A program made the position numbers and the translations under genes. DNA of 56,470 nt, filler included, from Basidioascus undulatus (lineage: Eukaryota), in NCBI GenBank assembly GCA_000826855.1. It is 3 parts of 3 records of this genome, joined end to end, with 100 filler letters (N's around TTAATTAATTAA, not from the genome) between each part and the next. Parts side by side here need not be neighbours in the genome. Positions count along the whole stretch, not along the records: positions 15,609 to 40,872 come from JTLS01000643.1; positions 40,973 to 56,470 come from JTLS01000644.1; 1 more part is not named here. One strand, written 5' to 3'. A model generated the notes under the pieces. It did not search any database. It saw only the letters and a list, made by a program, of their open reading frames with translations, and was not told the origin of the DNA. This document shows positions 36,533-47,983 of the stretch, one piece after another; the first letter of the stretch is position 1; each line of letters starts with the position of its first letter.

Positions 36533-38402
36533 ATGGCCAAGTCCGCCGCCGGCACTCCCAAGGTCTCCAAGGCCGACAAGGTGCGTCTTCTTTCCGCTGG
36601 TGGCACCCTCCGCGAAGATGGCAATTGACCCGCGACTTTTGGGAACTCACAGAAGTCGAAGAAGGAGGAGAAGGTCGCCACTGTACGTCCCTCCCCATCA
36701 AATTCAGTCGAATCACTCCATTCTCACACGTCTTCTCTACCTCAGCCCGCCGCTGCGACCCCCGTCGCGAACGGCAAGGCCGACAAGAAGTCCAAGAAGG
36801 ACAAGGTTCGCCCCGCCTAAATCATCTCCCTTACAAACTGCTTCCGCCGCTCACATCTGCGTTCTTCTCCGCACGTGCAGAAGAAGAAGGAGCCGACCCC
36901 CCCGCCCGTCGAGTCGTCCTCGGACTCCGACGACGTGCGTCTTCTCTCTCTGCACCTCTCTAGTATCTACTACTGATCTGTCACTTTCGCACGCTGCAGT
37001 CTTCCTCCGACGAGGAGGAGGCCGCCCCCGCCAAGGCGACCCCGGCGAAGGGGGCCGCGAAGAAGGAAGAGTCTTCCGACGACTCTTCCGACTCGAGCGA
37101 CGACTCTTCCGACGAGAAGGGCCCCGTCGCCACCAAGGCCGCGACGCCCGCCAAGGCTGCGGCTGCTGCGAAGAAGGAAGAGAGCAGCAGCGAGGAGAGC
37201 TCGGACGTGAGTCTTGGTTTCACATCTGGGTATTGGGGAGGACAGATGGCTTATCCGGGTATGTCGTTGTGCAGGAGAGCTCGGACGAGGAGAAGCCCGC
37301 TGCTAAGAAGGAGGCTCCTAAGGAGGAGGAGGTGCGTTGCCGTCTTATCTCTCCCTTCCCCCCTACCGCCTACATGCTCATCTCCGCCATTCGCACGCAG
37401 TCCTCCGACTCTTCTTCCGACTCGGACTCGGACTCCGACTCTTCCTCCGACAAGGAGATGGCCGAGGCCGCCGCCCCCGCAAAGACGAACGGCAAGCGCA
37501 AGGCGGAGGACTCTCCCGAGCCCGCGGACAGCAAGAAGGCGAAGACGGAGGTCGCACCCGGGACGGAGGACGCGAAGCAGGTCTTTGTCGGCCAGCTCTC
37601 GTGGAACGTCGACGACGACTGGCTTAAGTCCGAGTTCGAGGCCATCGGCACCGTCGTCTCTGCCCGCGTGCAGATGGACCGCAACTCCGGCCGCTCCCGC
37701 GGATTCGGATACGTCGAGTTTGAGACCCACGAGCTCGCGATGAAGGCAGTTGAGGAGATGGCGGGCAAGGAGATCGACGGGCGTGCGGTACGTTCTTCAC
37801 CTTGCACATTCAACATACTTCGGTTCACTTGACTAATCATATGACCGGCCACACTTTCACAGATCCGCGTAGACCTCTCCGCGCCCCGCGCCCCGAACCC
37901 CGAGAAGCGCGCGCGCGTGTTCAACGACCAAGTCTCCGAGCCGTCCGCGACCCTCTTCGTGGGCAACGTCTCCTTCTCGACTAACGAGGACGCGCTCTGG
38001 GAGTTCTTCGGCGACTTTGGTCAAGTCGAGTCCGTGCGCGTCCCCACCGACCGCGAGACGGGCGCGCCCAAGGGCTTCGCATACGTCTCCTTCCCCGACG
38101 TCGAGATCGCCAAGAAGGCGTTCGAGGGCGCCGCCGGCGCGGAGCTCGGCGGCCGCAACCTCCGCCTTGACTACTCCCAGCCAAGGGACAACTCCCAGGG
38201 CGGCGGTCGCGGTGGGTTCGGTGGTGGCCGTGGTGGCGGCCGCGGTGGGTTCGGTGACCGGGTACGTCGTCTATTTTCTCTCGTCTCTTCTTCCTCCCGA
38301 TCAGGAAACTGACCGCTCCCTTTGTGCTTCCGCGTTATGCAGGGCGGCCGTGGCGGTGGCCGTGGTGGCCGCGGCGGGTTCGGCGACCGGGGCGGGCGCG
38401 GG
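36533..38402 (+). CDS. NSR1: Nucleolin-like protein (Nsr1/Gar2), 3' end apparently truncated
   Basis: MAKSAAG start at 36533; alternating K/A-rich and S/D/E-rich blocks; RRM1 VFVGQLSWNVDDDWL...RSRGFGYVEF; RRM2 TLFVGNVSF...PKGFAYVSF; GGRGGFG tail. No normal stop, because the sequence runs into the antisense strand of the next gene. Confidence 0.92.
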
Positions 38403-39438
38403 GTCCGTAGTCCGCGTACGCTCCTCTATGTCTTGCAGCGCAGAGAGGACGTCGAGCGCTGCGCGCCGGACAAGCGCGAGAGGGTCGAGCGCGAGATCGG
38501 AGGAGAGGTTGGAGGAGAGGGAGGAGCGCGAGGACCGCTTGCTTGGGCGCGGGAGGGAGAAGTGCCGCGAGGCGGTGGAGATGTGGTGCGAGATGCTGCG
38601 CAGGGTCGGGGAGCGCTTGTGTCCTGGGCGGGGGACGCCGAGGGAGGTGGTTGTGGAGGAGGCGGAGGAAGAGGAAGGAGCGCCGACGTCGTCGGAGGGG
38701 AGGACGACGACGTAGTTCTGCACGCTGCGAATCGCGTGCGTGGTCGTCTTCAAAAGAGCAAGGACGTCCACGCTCGGCTCGCCCTGCTCCGGGGGAGTCC
38801 ATGCCGCCCGCGCTGCGGCGACGTCCCGCTCTGCGGCGGGCCGGAGGAGCTCTGGGTCGACGTGCGCGGAGAGGCCGGAGGGGAAGGTCGGCTTGTTGGG
38901 CTGCGGAGGGGGGAAGGCCGGCGATGGCGGGAGACCCGAGGCCACGTCCGATAAAGACGACGAGAGCGTGAGCGTCGTGGGGGAGGTGCTCAGAGCTGGG
39001 AGACCTGATGCGGCTGCTCCGGCGCCTGGTCCGAGGGCGAGGACGAGCGAGTTGTGGGGGTTCCCTGGGCTGCACTCGTCCGACCCACATCAGCCCCACC
39101 CACCACTCGACCATAGAAGGGAAGACGCACCGCTCTTTACTAGCCAGCCCATGCTTCGCATACATATGCTGCAGATGCTGGATGCTCCCGAGCGCCATCA
39201 CGCTGTCCCGCTTCGCCGCGCTCCGGCTGAACGGCGCCGGCGCGCGCGGCGCCGAGCCGCTGCCGTAGAAGGCGGTCTTGAGCGGGCGCGGCGGCTGCTT
39301 CTCTGAGGAAGAGGAGGATGATGCGTGGCTAGGGGAGGGGAAGGGGATCGAGTTGGATGGGGAGGGAGAGCGCGGAGGGGACGCTGGCGTGGGCGGCGCG
39401 AGCGAGGGGGGGCGGTGGGGCGTGGAGGAGCTCGACAT
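38400..39438 (-). CDS. Conserved fungal hypothetical protein, 3' end apparently truncated
   Basis: MSSSSTPH start; FSRSAAKRDSVMALGSIQHLQHMY, DVLALLKTTTHAIRSVQNYVVVLP and LVRRAALDVLSALQDIEE resemble an uncharacterised fungal family (recalled, not searched). The ORF continues formally to 38301, but only as the antisense of the nucleolin RGG exon. Confidence 0.7.
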
Positions 39439-39972
39439 TGTGGGTATGTGGAATGATTACAGGGTATGTGAGTGGGATATGCTGGGATGTGTGAGTGGAA
39501 TTAGTGGAAATATGCGAAGCAAGGAGATTGGGTGCCGGGGAGATGGCGGCCGGTGGGCAAGAGACATCGTCACGCTGCCGCGAGCACGAGCACGAGCCAT
39601 CTGTCAGTCCGAGCAACACACTGATCGCAGGACGGAAAGCCGCCGATCGCGTTCCGCACAATCCTACGTGAAAGCACAGAGAAATTTGGCATAGAAGAAA
39701 CGGACATGCAAGGAATGGAACATGCGGCTCGGGCGGGTAAGACTGGACGCGAAGACAGCGGAAATTGTCAAGCGCACAAGACGCTGTGACGTGGTATGTG
39801 GGCAGTGCAGCGAGCACGGCCAGACATACTGTCTTCGACCTTCTGCACTGTTCTCTGAAGCGCTCTCAAACCCTCCAAAAAGGGCATGCGCGTCCCTAAA
39901 TATCTTCGTGTGATACGAACGCAGATCCATCAACCCCTCCCAATCTCTCAGCGACCGTCCCCAACTCGACCC

Positions 39973-41001
39973 TCATCGCTTCACCTTCCCTCCCGCATCG
40001 CCCTCCTCCCCAGGCGCAAGGAGGAGGACCAGGAAGATAGGGACGATGTACATCCTGCGATCCCGCACCCGTCCCTACTGTCAGTGCACTGTAACGGACA
40101 CTGGGGAGAAGGAGGAATGCAACGCACCAGTACTTCTGGATGAAGCTCTTCTCTTCGGGCTTAGCTGTGGGTGGATGGGGAGTGAGTGCATAGGAGGGGT
40201 GAGAAAGAAGAGCGGAAGGGAAGGGGAGGGAAGGAGAGAGAGAGAGACGCACGCAGAGGCTTCCCATCTGCGCCGAGCTGGGGCGGCGGGGCGGGCTCGC
40301 GGAGCTTGGGCCTGCGGCGTAGGGGAGGGGTGAGCATGTCTCCCTCCTACACCAAGAAGCACATAAAAAAAGGGGACGCACAGAGGCACAGGCGAAGGAC
40401 GAGTAACGAGCACGGTCGTGTTGAGCTTCGCAGTATCGAGCGCGACGCCCTCCTCGCGGTCACACACCCCCTCCTCCGCAGCATACGCAATGCTATGCGG
40501 CCTCCCATCCCAGCCCACATGCACCGTAACCGTATCCCTCCCGCCATCCCTGGGTGCGCACTGTCCCTCCCACTCCCATCAGCCCCCTAACCCACACCAA
40601 AGAAGACGGAAAGACGGGTCACTCACCGGCGCCCAAGCAACAGCCCACCGCTCCCCGCTCTTCCAGCCCTCCACACCCTCCATCAAGTCCACGCCGACCT
40701 GGTAGACCTCTGCCTGGCCCGAGAGGGGCGCGGAGGAGAGGGGCGTGTAGGACCCGGAGGGGGAGAGGGAGAGTGCGCCGCGCGGGGAGAAGGGCACGGT
40801 GGGGGAGAGGCGGTGGTAGAGCGTTAGGGCGAGGGTTGGGGGGAGCAGGGGGGGGAGGGAGAGGGGGGAGAGNNNNNNNNNNNNNNNNNNNNNNNNNNNN
40901 NNNNNNNNNNNNNNNNTTAATTAATTAANNNNNNNNNNNNNNNNNNNNNNNNNNNNNNNNNNNNNNNNNNNNAAAGGGAAGGGGCTGGGCCTGGGGCTCA
41001 T
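39973..41001 (-). CDS. EMC10: ER membrane protein complex subunit 10-like (interrupted by gap)
   Basis: PFSPRGAL..., DTVTVHVGWDGRPHSIAY, LNTTVLVTRP and KPEEKSFIQKYW|MYIVPIFLVLLL followed by a short tail, which is the EMC10 C-terminal signature. Stop at 39973. The start at 41001, across the gap, is tentative. Confidence 0.75.
40873..40972. other. Assembly gap with artificial six-frame stop linker
   Basis: 44 N + TTAATTAATTAA + 44 N. Confidence 0.97.
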
Positions 41002-41579
41002 CGGACCGGGGGGCGCAAGGGGAAGGGGAGAACACCAATCGCCTTCACGTGAGATGTGGAGGGTTATGTCGCCAGTAGTCGTCGCTTAGGAGTTGTGGGC
41101 GAGGGGGAGGATTGGCACAGAGAGAGAAGCAATACACTGCTTCAACCCCAGTCTCCAGGCACTCCGGGCACCGAATTCGTGCAAAGAGAGGAAAAATGGA
41201 GCTTTTAGGAGGGACGGTAAAGAGGTAGAACAGGAGAAGAAGAACGCGGAGTACGGAATGGTTGACCTTGCGTTGAAGGGAGACGATAGCGAGCTATTGG
41301 TAAGTCCTTCTGCTCCAAGATCCAATTGACAAGGACAGGTACCATTCGGGGTGTTGGATGGCTTCCCAACCGCCGAAGGTAAGCTGGTAGAGTCGGACGG
41401 CCTGGCGCGAACGCGGCTACATCTTCCGAGTAAATGCCGAGTAAATGCCATGCTTGCGTTGGATACCACACGGAAGCCTTACGCACTTCTTACTTCGGCG
41501 AGACACTCGTTTCATCAGACATTCACAATATCAAACGGGCCAGCCTTCCCGGCTAACCATTGCCTTTCCTCACGTTGGG

Positions 41580-42631
41580 GTTGAGCACGATCCCAGCGAC
41601 GACTGCTCGACGCGACCATGTCAACTTTGCCCTGAAAAGGACCTCGACAGGAAAGCGTGTACTACTCACAGCCGTTGGTGCCGTTGAGGTCGAGAGGAAG
41701 GCGGGAAGGCCCGTAGACGAAAGCTAAAGCCAGAAAGACAAGATCTCAACAATTCCCTTGAGCCGAGCTGAGGAACAAGACCACAAGAAGAGAATGCACT
41801 GGGATTGAGAGCAACCAGCGCAAAGCCCGACTTCTCCTTCTCGAAGAAGTCCCAAGCTGCCTTCTCCGCAAGCGCCTTAGAGACAGCTGCAAGGGGTTCA
41901 ATCAGACCCTCCTTCCTTCTTCAGCTTGCTCTGAAGCCAAAAAGCGACGCACCGTAGGCTCCCATAGGGGTTACCGTCTTGGATCACTCGTATAACAGCG
42001 GGTTCCAGCTGCTGTCGTCGTAGACGACGCCAGCTTGAGGCACCCTGCTGTAGTCCGCGAGCCAGAGAGCTGAGCTTCTGGGAATCAGTTCCGTCCCTGC
42101 AATCCCTGCAACAGATTAGTAAGGGCTCACGAGAGAATCACGACCTTCCTGATACGCGGCTCCTCGGCGGCAGACCTCACGGCTGAGAGTGACCCGTTCA
42201 GCGCGGGGATGAGGACGCCCTTCTCGTTCTCCTGTTACCCACGAGAAGCGCATAAACGAAACATGCCTTCCGCTCTAGTACTGAGATAACCCAGACAAAC
42301 GTTGGTTCCATCAAAGCTGAGCGGCGAAGGAGGAAGTAATCGACACCCTTGACCGCCTCATCAAACGCGCCTTCCTTGGTGATGTCAGGCACGAGCACGA
42401 TCTGGAGCTGGCTGGAGTACTCCCGAAGATAGCCTGCCAAGCGTCCGCCTTGGCCTGCGAACGGACGGTGCCGCAGACTGTGTGGCCGGCGCGGAGGAAG
42501 GTCTCCGTGATGTCGGAGGCGATGAAGCCGTTGATGCCGGAGATGAGGATGACGGTGGTGGACTTGAAAATTCTGAGGGGACTGTTGAGGGGATGGAATG
42601 ATGTGAACGATTTGCAGGGGATTCCAGCCAT
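41580..42631 (-). pseudogene. GRE2-like NAD(P)-dependent aldehyde reductase/epimerase (extended SDR) pseudogene
   Basis: ILISGINGFIASDI...GTVRSQAK, a frameshift at about 42422 into QIVLVPDITKEGAFDEAVKGVD, LIPALNGSLSAVRSA, YDDSSWNPLLYE* (TGA 41984-41986), AY-AVSKALAEKAAWDF and FVYGP. The C-terminal part is not found. Confidence 0.85.
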
Positions 42632-43128
42632 GCTTGAGGCTTGTATACAGCTTCGACGACAGTGTAGGGTAGCTTACGGAGGGAGTGAGTCATCGGATAT
42701 GAGACCTCACAGCATTTGGCTTTACACAAGCAAGGCAAAAGGTACATGGGCATTTTTGAAGTACAGCGGATCAGTGAGCCTTGCAGGGACAGGAGGCAAA
42801 GACTGACCTGCGAAAGACTTTCACGTAAGTCGCCGTTACTTCCCCTTACGCTGGGTAACCTTCGGTCACTGCTTCATCTAATCTTTCAAGGAATTTTATT
42901 ATATCCAACTGTCATTTGACTCGTTAGGGAGCTTCGGACAGCCCCTGAGGCTGCGTCATTCAGGACCAGTGTTTGTTGCCGCCGGGTAATGACTGACATT
43001 TGCGTAAAGCCTTGCAGTGTCACTATCACCTCGCACCTGGAAAGAGGTGCGTTGGGATAAAAATACAGGTATCTCCGGGATGTAAAGTTCAACCTCACCC
43101 AAACACCCTCCTCTCCAACCTCTGCAGA

Positions 43129-43701
43129 ATGCCTCTTCACCGCATCTACCATCCCTCGAACCTCTTCACCTTGGAGTCCGAGCGCAGCAATTTTGCCAAA
43201 GCTATCACGGAAATCTACGCTTCACCTCCGGCTAACCTTCCCCGCTTCTATGTCGTTGTATTGTTTATTCCCCTCGAGCCGTCGCGCATCTTTACGGGCG
43301 GGGAGCAACGGAAGGACTTTGTCCGCATCACCGTCGAGCACATCGCCATTCAGCTTCCGGAGGATCTCAGCAAGGTGGGCAGATCGATACTCATCGTGCT
43401 ACTCCAGGGAGCTGACGCATTCTTCCACCGGAAGATGGACCGGTTCATGAAGCGGTACGAGGACGTGCTTGCGCCTTTCATCAAGGAGAAGGGGCTCGAT
43501 TGGGAGGTAAGATCGCTTGGGGAATATTCCACCCCTTCGCCGATTGGGTCTTACTATGTCAAGTTTCACCTGCAGGTCTCGGTCTCGGCGACACCAAGGG
43601 AGCTCTGGCACGAGAACGGCATCAATCCGCCTGATGTTGGCAGCGACGCTCATCTTCTCTGGGTGAAGGAGAACAGACCTGTCCCATTGTCGCGGTTTTG
43701 A
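43129..43701 (+). CDS. Tautomerase-superfamily protein (cis-CaaD-like / putative oxalocrotonate tautomerase)
   Basis: MPLHRIYHP (catalytic Pro-1 after Met removal), AKAITEIY...LPRFYVVVLF, FVRITVEHIA, GLDWE and TPRELWHENGINPP...WVKENRP; introns at 43375-43434 and 43507-43575. Confidence 0.88.
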   Translation: MPLHRIYHPSNLFTLESERSNFAKAITEIYASPPANLPRFYVVVLFIPLEPSRIFTGGEQRKDFVRITVEHIAIQLPEDLSKVGRSILIVLLQGADAFFHRKMDRFMKRYEDVLAPFIKEKGLDWEVRSLGEYSTPSPIGSYYVKFHLQVSVSATPRELWHENGINPPDVGSDAHLLWVKENRPVPLSRF

Positions 43702-44157
43702 GGCCAATTAAGCTTGTGCTCCACCACGAGATATTCTTAAAGGACCATATATCAATGGATAAGATTGGGCAACATGTCATGTTCCCCTCTGATGTTGCGT
43801 GGTGCACGGATGCGTCGGGTTACGTCTGTGCGGTCCTGGACGATGGATCCTCGCTGCTAAAATATTCACGCTGAAAACCGTCGCCTGATTGGACAAACCA
43901 GTGCAGAGAACTCATAGACATCAGACTAAAAGAAAAGTGGCAGCCCCGAACCGAACGAGATGGGCATGTGCATTCTTGCAAATTCTTGAAACAAGCAGCA
44001 CCTTGGAGCTGTCAAACCGAACGGCGCCGACACCGAGGTTATACTGCAACCGATGTGGCGCTCGTCATTGAAGATTTGTTGGAGGTATATGTGGTGTACA
44101 GAATACTCGTCACCTATTTCTCTCTCCTTCATTCCTTTCCCTCTCACCGCAACCGTC

Positions 44158-44430
44158 ATGTCCACGTCAGAATACCCCCAACGCGCGCTGTTCTGGCTCC
44201 GCGACCGAAGTCGAGGAGAGAAGCTCCCCTGCTCAAACCTCTCCTTCGCCCGACAAGATCAACTACAACTTCCTTGAGTAAGACCTGCGTCCCCCTGGGG
44301 CGGCAGGCGGCCCCAAACCCGGCTTCTTCCCCGCCTGGCTCGGGCAGACGCTCGCGGACGTGAACGAGATCGTCCGCAAGCTGGGGTGGGCGAGCTACTC
44401 GAGCGTTTGGTTGCGCTTCAGTGAAACACG
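44158..44430 (+). pseudogene. N-terminal fragment of an SRPK-like protein kinase
   Basis: GFFPAWLGQTLADVNEIVRKLGWASYSSVWL (about 44321-44413) matches the fungal SRPK-like pattern GxxPvxLG...YxIVRKLGWGxYSxVWL. The upstream frame is broken and no downstream kinase subdomains are seen. Confidence 0.65.
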
Positions 44431-44912
44431 GGACGGCTGAGCATCTCGAATCTTGCAAGTTGGAACGCCTCTGAGAGGGCGAGGCCTTTATGAATACAAT
44501 AGAAACTATGTGGAGGTGGTTTTAATCGAAAGGCCGAAGTAGTCCAGGTATGCAGTGAGAGACTACACGGAAAACACGCAGCTACAACACAGATGCTGAA
44601 CATCGTCAACGAGTCAATCCCCAGCCTGGTACCAATACCCATCGTCCTGCTCAACCTTACCCTAGCCCCTTCGTCCTGCCTTAGGGTGAAATATCCTCCC
44701 TTCCTAGTCATCCTCCCGCTTGACTGGCGTGCTCTCCCTGGCAACGTTTTCCCAGCCGTACCAGTGGTCCTCCTGGACCACAGCAGCTCCGCAGTAGTAC
44801 TTCTCTTGAAGTAGTAATCAGTCGAATTTTTTCCCCACTGCGTAACAAGGATAGGTGGAAACAGACGTACGTCGTCATACAGCCCTACACCCAAAAAAGG
44901 TCTTGGGTGCTG

Positions 44913-44980
44913 GTGGCGAGCCCGGCGAGCTATGAGTAGTTAAACAATAGCTCGCCGCAGGCGCCGGGTGCCACTTTTTT
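44913..44980 (+). repeat. GC-rich inverted repeat/hairpin followed by T6
   Basis: cggcgagctat (44923-44933) and atagctcgccg (44947-44957) form a perfect 11-bp stem with a 13-nt spacer; outer gtggc/gccac pairing, then tttttt. Confidence 0.8.
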
Positions 44981-46417
44981 CGAGCCCTTTCTTACCGAAA
45001 AGTTGACTCGCAGTCCGCCTCAGTCATAGAGTTCGTCCAGTCGAGACGGCGCGTACGTGAGAGGAAGGTTGCGCGTGAAGGATGCGGATGTATAGGCAGC
45101 GTAGAGCATAAATAGGAAGGCTCCTTGGCGGCGGCGCCTAGCACATTGTGTTCCTGGCTATCATCCAAGGACAGGCGAGCAGGCAGCAAGGCAGCAGACG
45201 CTCCCTCAGCAAAAATCACACGCACGCGTGCACGCGACGAAGACGCGACAAAGTCGACAAAGTCAAATTGCAGCGCGTTTGTGTCAAAAAGACACGAAAC
45301 TGAAAAGGCAATACGTGCAGCCATGTTCTGAGGCAGTGCGCAAGGCGATTGACGCTCAGACCGTGGCTGTTCGTGAGAAACCATCGCTGTCCTGCAGCCA
45401 CTTTCTGAACGTGGTGCGCGAGACCTCTAGTGGATGTGGATGTTGTAGACGTTGACCACGGGGGCTGAGTAGTAGTCGCCCCGATGGAGGTGGTGCGTGG
45501 GGTAAGGGTGACTGCTCGAGAAACCGGAGCCGGACAAGGAAGAGTCGGCGGAAGATACGGCGGAGGAGGACCGTAGTGGTACATCGTGTGTGTGTGGGTG
45601 TGGGTCGAGTACCGACATCGTGACTTTGACGTGAGTTTTCTAGCTTGAAGATGATGATGGGAGGAGAGGAAGTTAGCGAGTGGGACATCCGAACAGATAA
45701 GAAGATGCCATGGAGCGTTGAGGCAACGTCTAGCGGTGTACATCATGTAGCAGTACATCATGTGGCAGCTGCGGCCATTCGTTAGCCTTCTCCTTGTTTA
45801 CTTTTGAGTGAAAGTGTTCCCTGAAATGAAAAAAAGAGAAGCTGGTCATTGACTGGCATGAAGGCCTGCAACGACTGCAGCGAGCCTCGAGCTGCGACTC
45901 TGACAAGCTGCGATACTTTCAGGTTGACAGCCGACTCCACAGCGGCGGCGGCGATGACAGCCCACCTTGGCAGCTTCGCAACTTACATCGAACCCCCATC
46001 GACCTGCAGCTCATCCACAGCCTCGCTTTGAGGGTGCCCACTAACCCACATCTCTCAAGGAAAATATGCACGCGTATTGTATGAAAAGTCAATTCGGATC
46101 CCCATGTTCAATGCTGTTTCGTTGTACCACCGCGCGGATGGGACTCATCAACGTCGGATCGACTCAGATTGACCCAGTTCTCATCGCGCTCGTCGCGCTG
46201 CTCTCCCATGTGAACTGACCACAAAAGCCCCCACCGCTTTCCTGGCGGATCGTTCCTCTCCTTTTCCCTCACTCCTCGCCTTCAGCGCCGGACGCTTCAA
46301 ACGCCCGACCCTCCCACGCTCGCGGTTCTCGGCTTCTCTTTCATCGAAGATTCCACCATCACCCGGTCCAGCGCAGGCCGCTGCATTACACCATAATCAC
46401 TCGCTCGCTCGAAGGCC

Positions 46418-47983
46418 ATGCCTGCTCGTCCGCCGCTCCGCCGGGCCTGCACTTCATACTCCATCTACGCGCGGCAGGCCGCACCCGAGGTCGCGCCCGA
46501 TACCGCCAGCGCTGCTCCGCCAGCGGTGAGCGACGTCACTGGAGCGGGCGGAGAAGGGCTCGGGATGGATGTAGGGGCGTCGTCTGAGGACGGGATGTGG
46601 ACTTCCCCTGCGGCGACGTCGACTGAGTCGCTCGCCGCTGCGCCGTCGGCCGGCGCTGATGTTTCCGCGCCCGCCTCGAGCGAGGATGGCGCGGTGTTCG
46701 AATCGACCGCAGCGCCGGTAGCAGGCGTGGTGCTCACGACCGCCCTCTCGGCGTCGCAAGCGCCCTCGCCCAGTCCGACGCCGACCTCCTCCCTTCCCCT
46801 GACCATCGCGTCCGACACGCCGACTCTCTCCACCTCGCTCCCCGAGCAACTGGATCCAACGCCCCTCTCGACGTTCCTCCCCGAGCAGCCCGAACCCAGC
46901 ACCGTCCTCGTCCAGCCCGCTCTCTACCCCGTCTCCGTTGCTCTCCCGATCCCCGTGCCCGTCCCCGAGGTCCTCACCACCCTCCTCCCTCTCACCGTCC
47001 CGACCCTCATAACCCAGACGACCCTCCTCGGAATCTCGCTCTCCGAAGCGCCGTCTCCCGCCCAATCTTCCTTCTCCCTGCCCCCTCCACCGCCCGGCTG
47101 GTCTACTCGCCCGGCGTTCATCTCCCCCGCCCCGGTCTCCGAGGACCCCGACACGCGCCCATTCTCAAGGAACGTCACGCTTATCGTCCTCCTCTCCCTG
47201 GCCGGGTCCGTCCTTCCCCTCGCTCTCTCCTCTCCGCCTTCCATTTCGGAATCATACTGACGACTTCGTTGCCTACAGTCTCATCGCCCTCTTCTCCCTC
47301 TTCACCTACGTCGGATTCCTCGTCCGCCGCACCTCCCGCACAGGCAGCGCCTTCTTCTGCGGTGCGCGGCGAGACAAGTGTTGGACAGAGATGGGTTCGT
47401 CGCCTCCCTTTCCCCCTCCCCTTCCCCTTCTCCCTTCCCCTTCCCCTTCTCCTTTCCCCTTCCCGTCCCCAACGCTGACACACGCATCCACGCAGGCTAC
47501 GACGAAGCCGCCGCCGAAATCACCCGGCAAGACACGATCCGGCGGCGGCAGTCCGAGGACGCGGCGACGGTTGCCGGGCGCGCTTCGATCTCGGTCAGCC
47601 GCGCCCCCTCCCGTGCGTCGTTCTCCTCCCGCTACTCCGTCCCATTCCCCACGACGCCTATGCATGACGCCGTGCCCTGGGGCGCCCCCGTTCTCCCGCC
47701 GCACCCCGAAGCCGACCCGTTCGCCGACCCCCCGCCCACGTCGGCTGGGCCGGCGTGGGAGTACGAGGATGACGACAAGACGATTCGGCAGTCGCGGATG
47801 TTCGCGGATATGGGTGGGGGAGGCGCTCAGCCTGTTAGGCTGACGGAGGAGGGAAGTGGGAAAGAGGTTGGAGAGGTGAAAACGGAGAGGGAGAAGGAGG
47901 TGGAGGAGGAGGCGAGGGCGTCGAGGGTCTTGGAGGAACGGAGGTCGAGGGTGCTTGGGGGGAAGAGGGAAAGCTGGGTGTGA
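46418..47983 (+). CDS. S/T/P/A-rich single-pass membrane protein (mucin/sensor-like), 3 exons
   Basis: Low-complexity ectodomain; TM segment split by an intron (VTLIVLLSLAG|LIALFSLFTYVGFLV) followed by RR; cytoplasmic tail with ADPFADP; TGA at 47981-47983. Confidence 0.7.

Noticed and set aside
27050..38950. Many long overlapping or antisense ORFs in PPR, XRN2 and NSR1
   Set aside because: Expected shadow ORFs from high-GC codon usage; no independent motifs.
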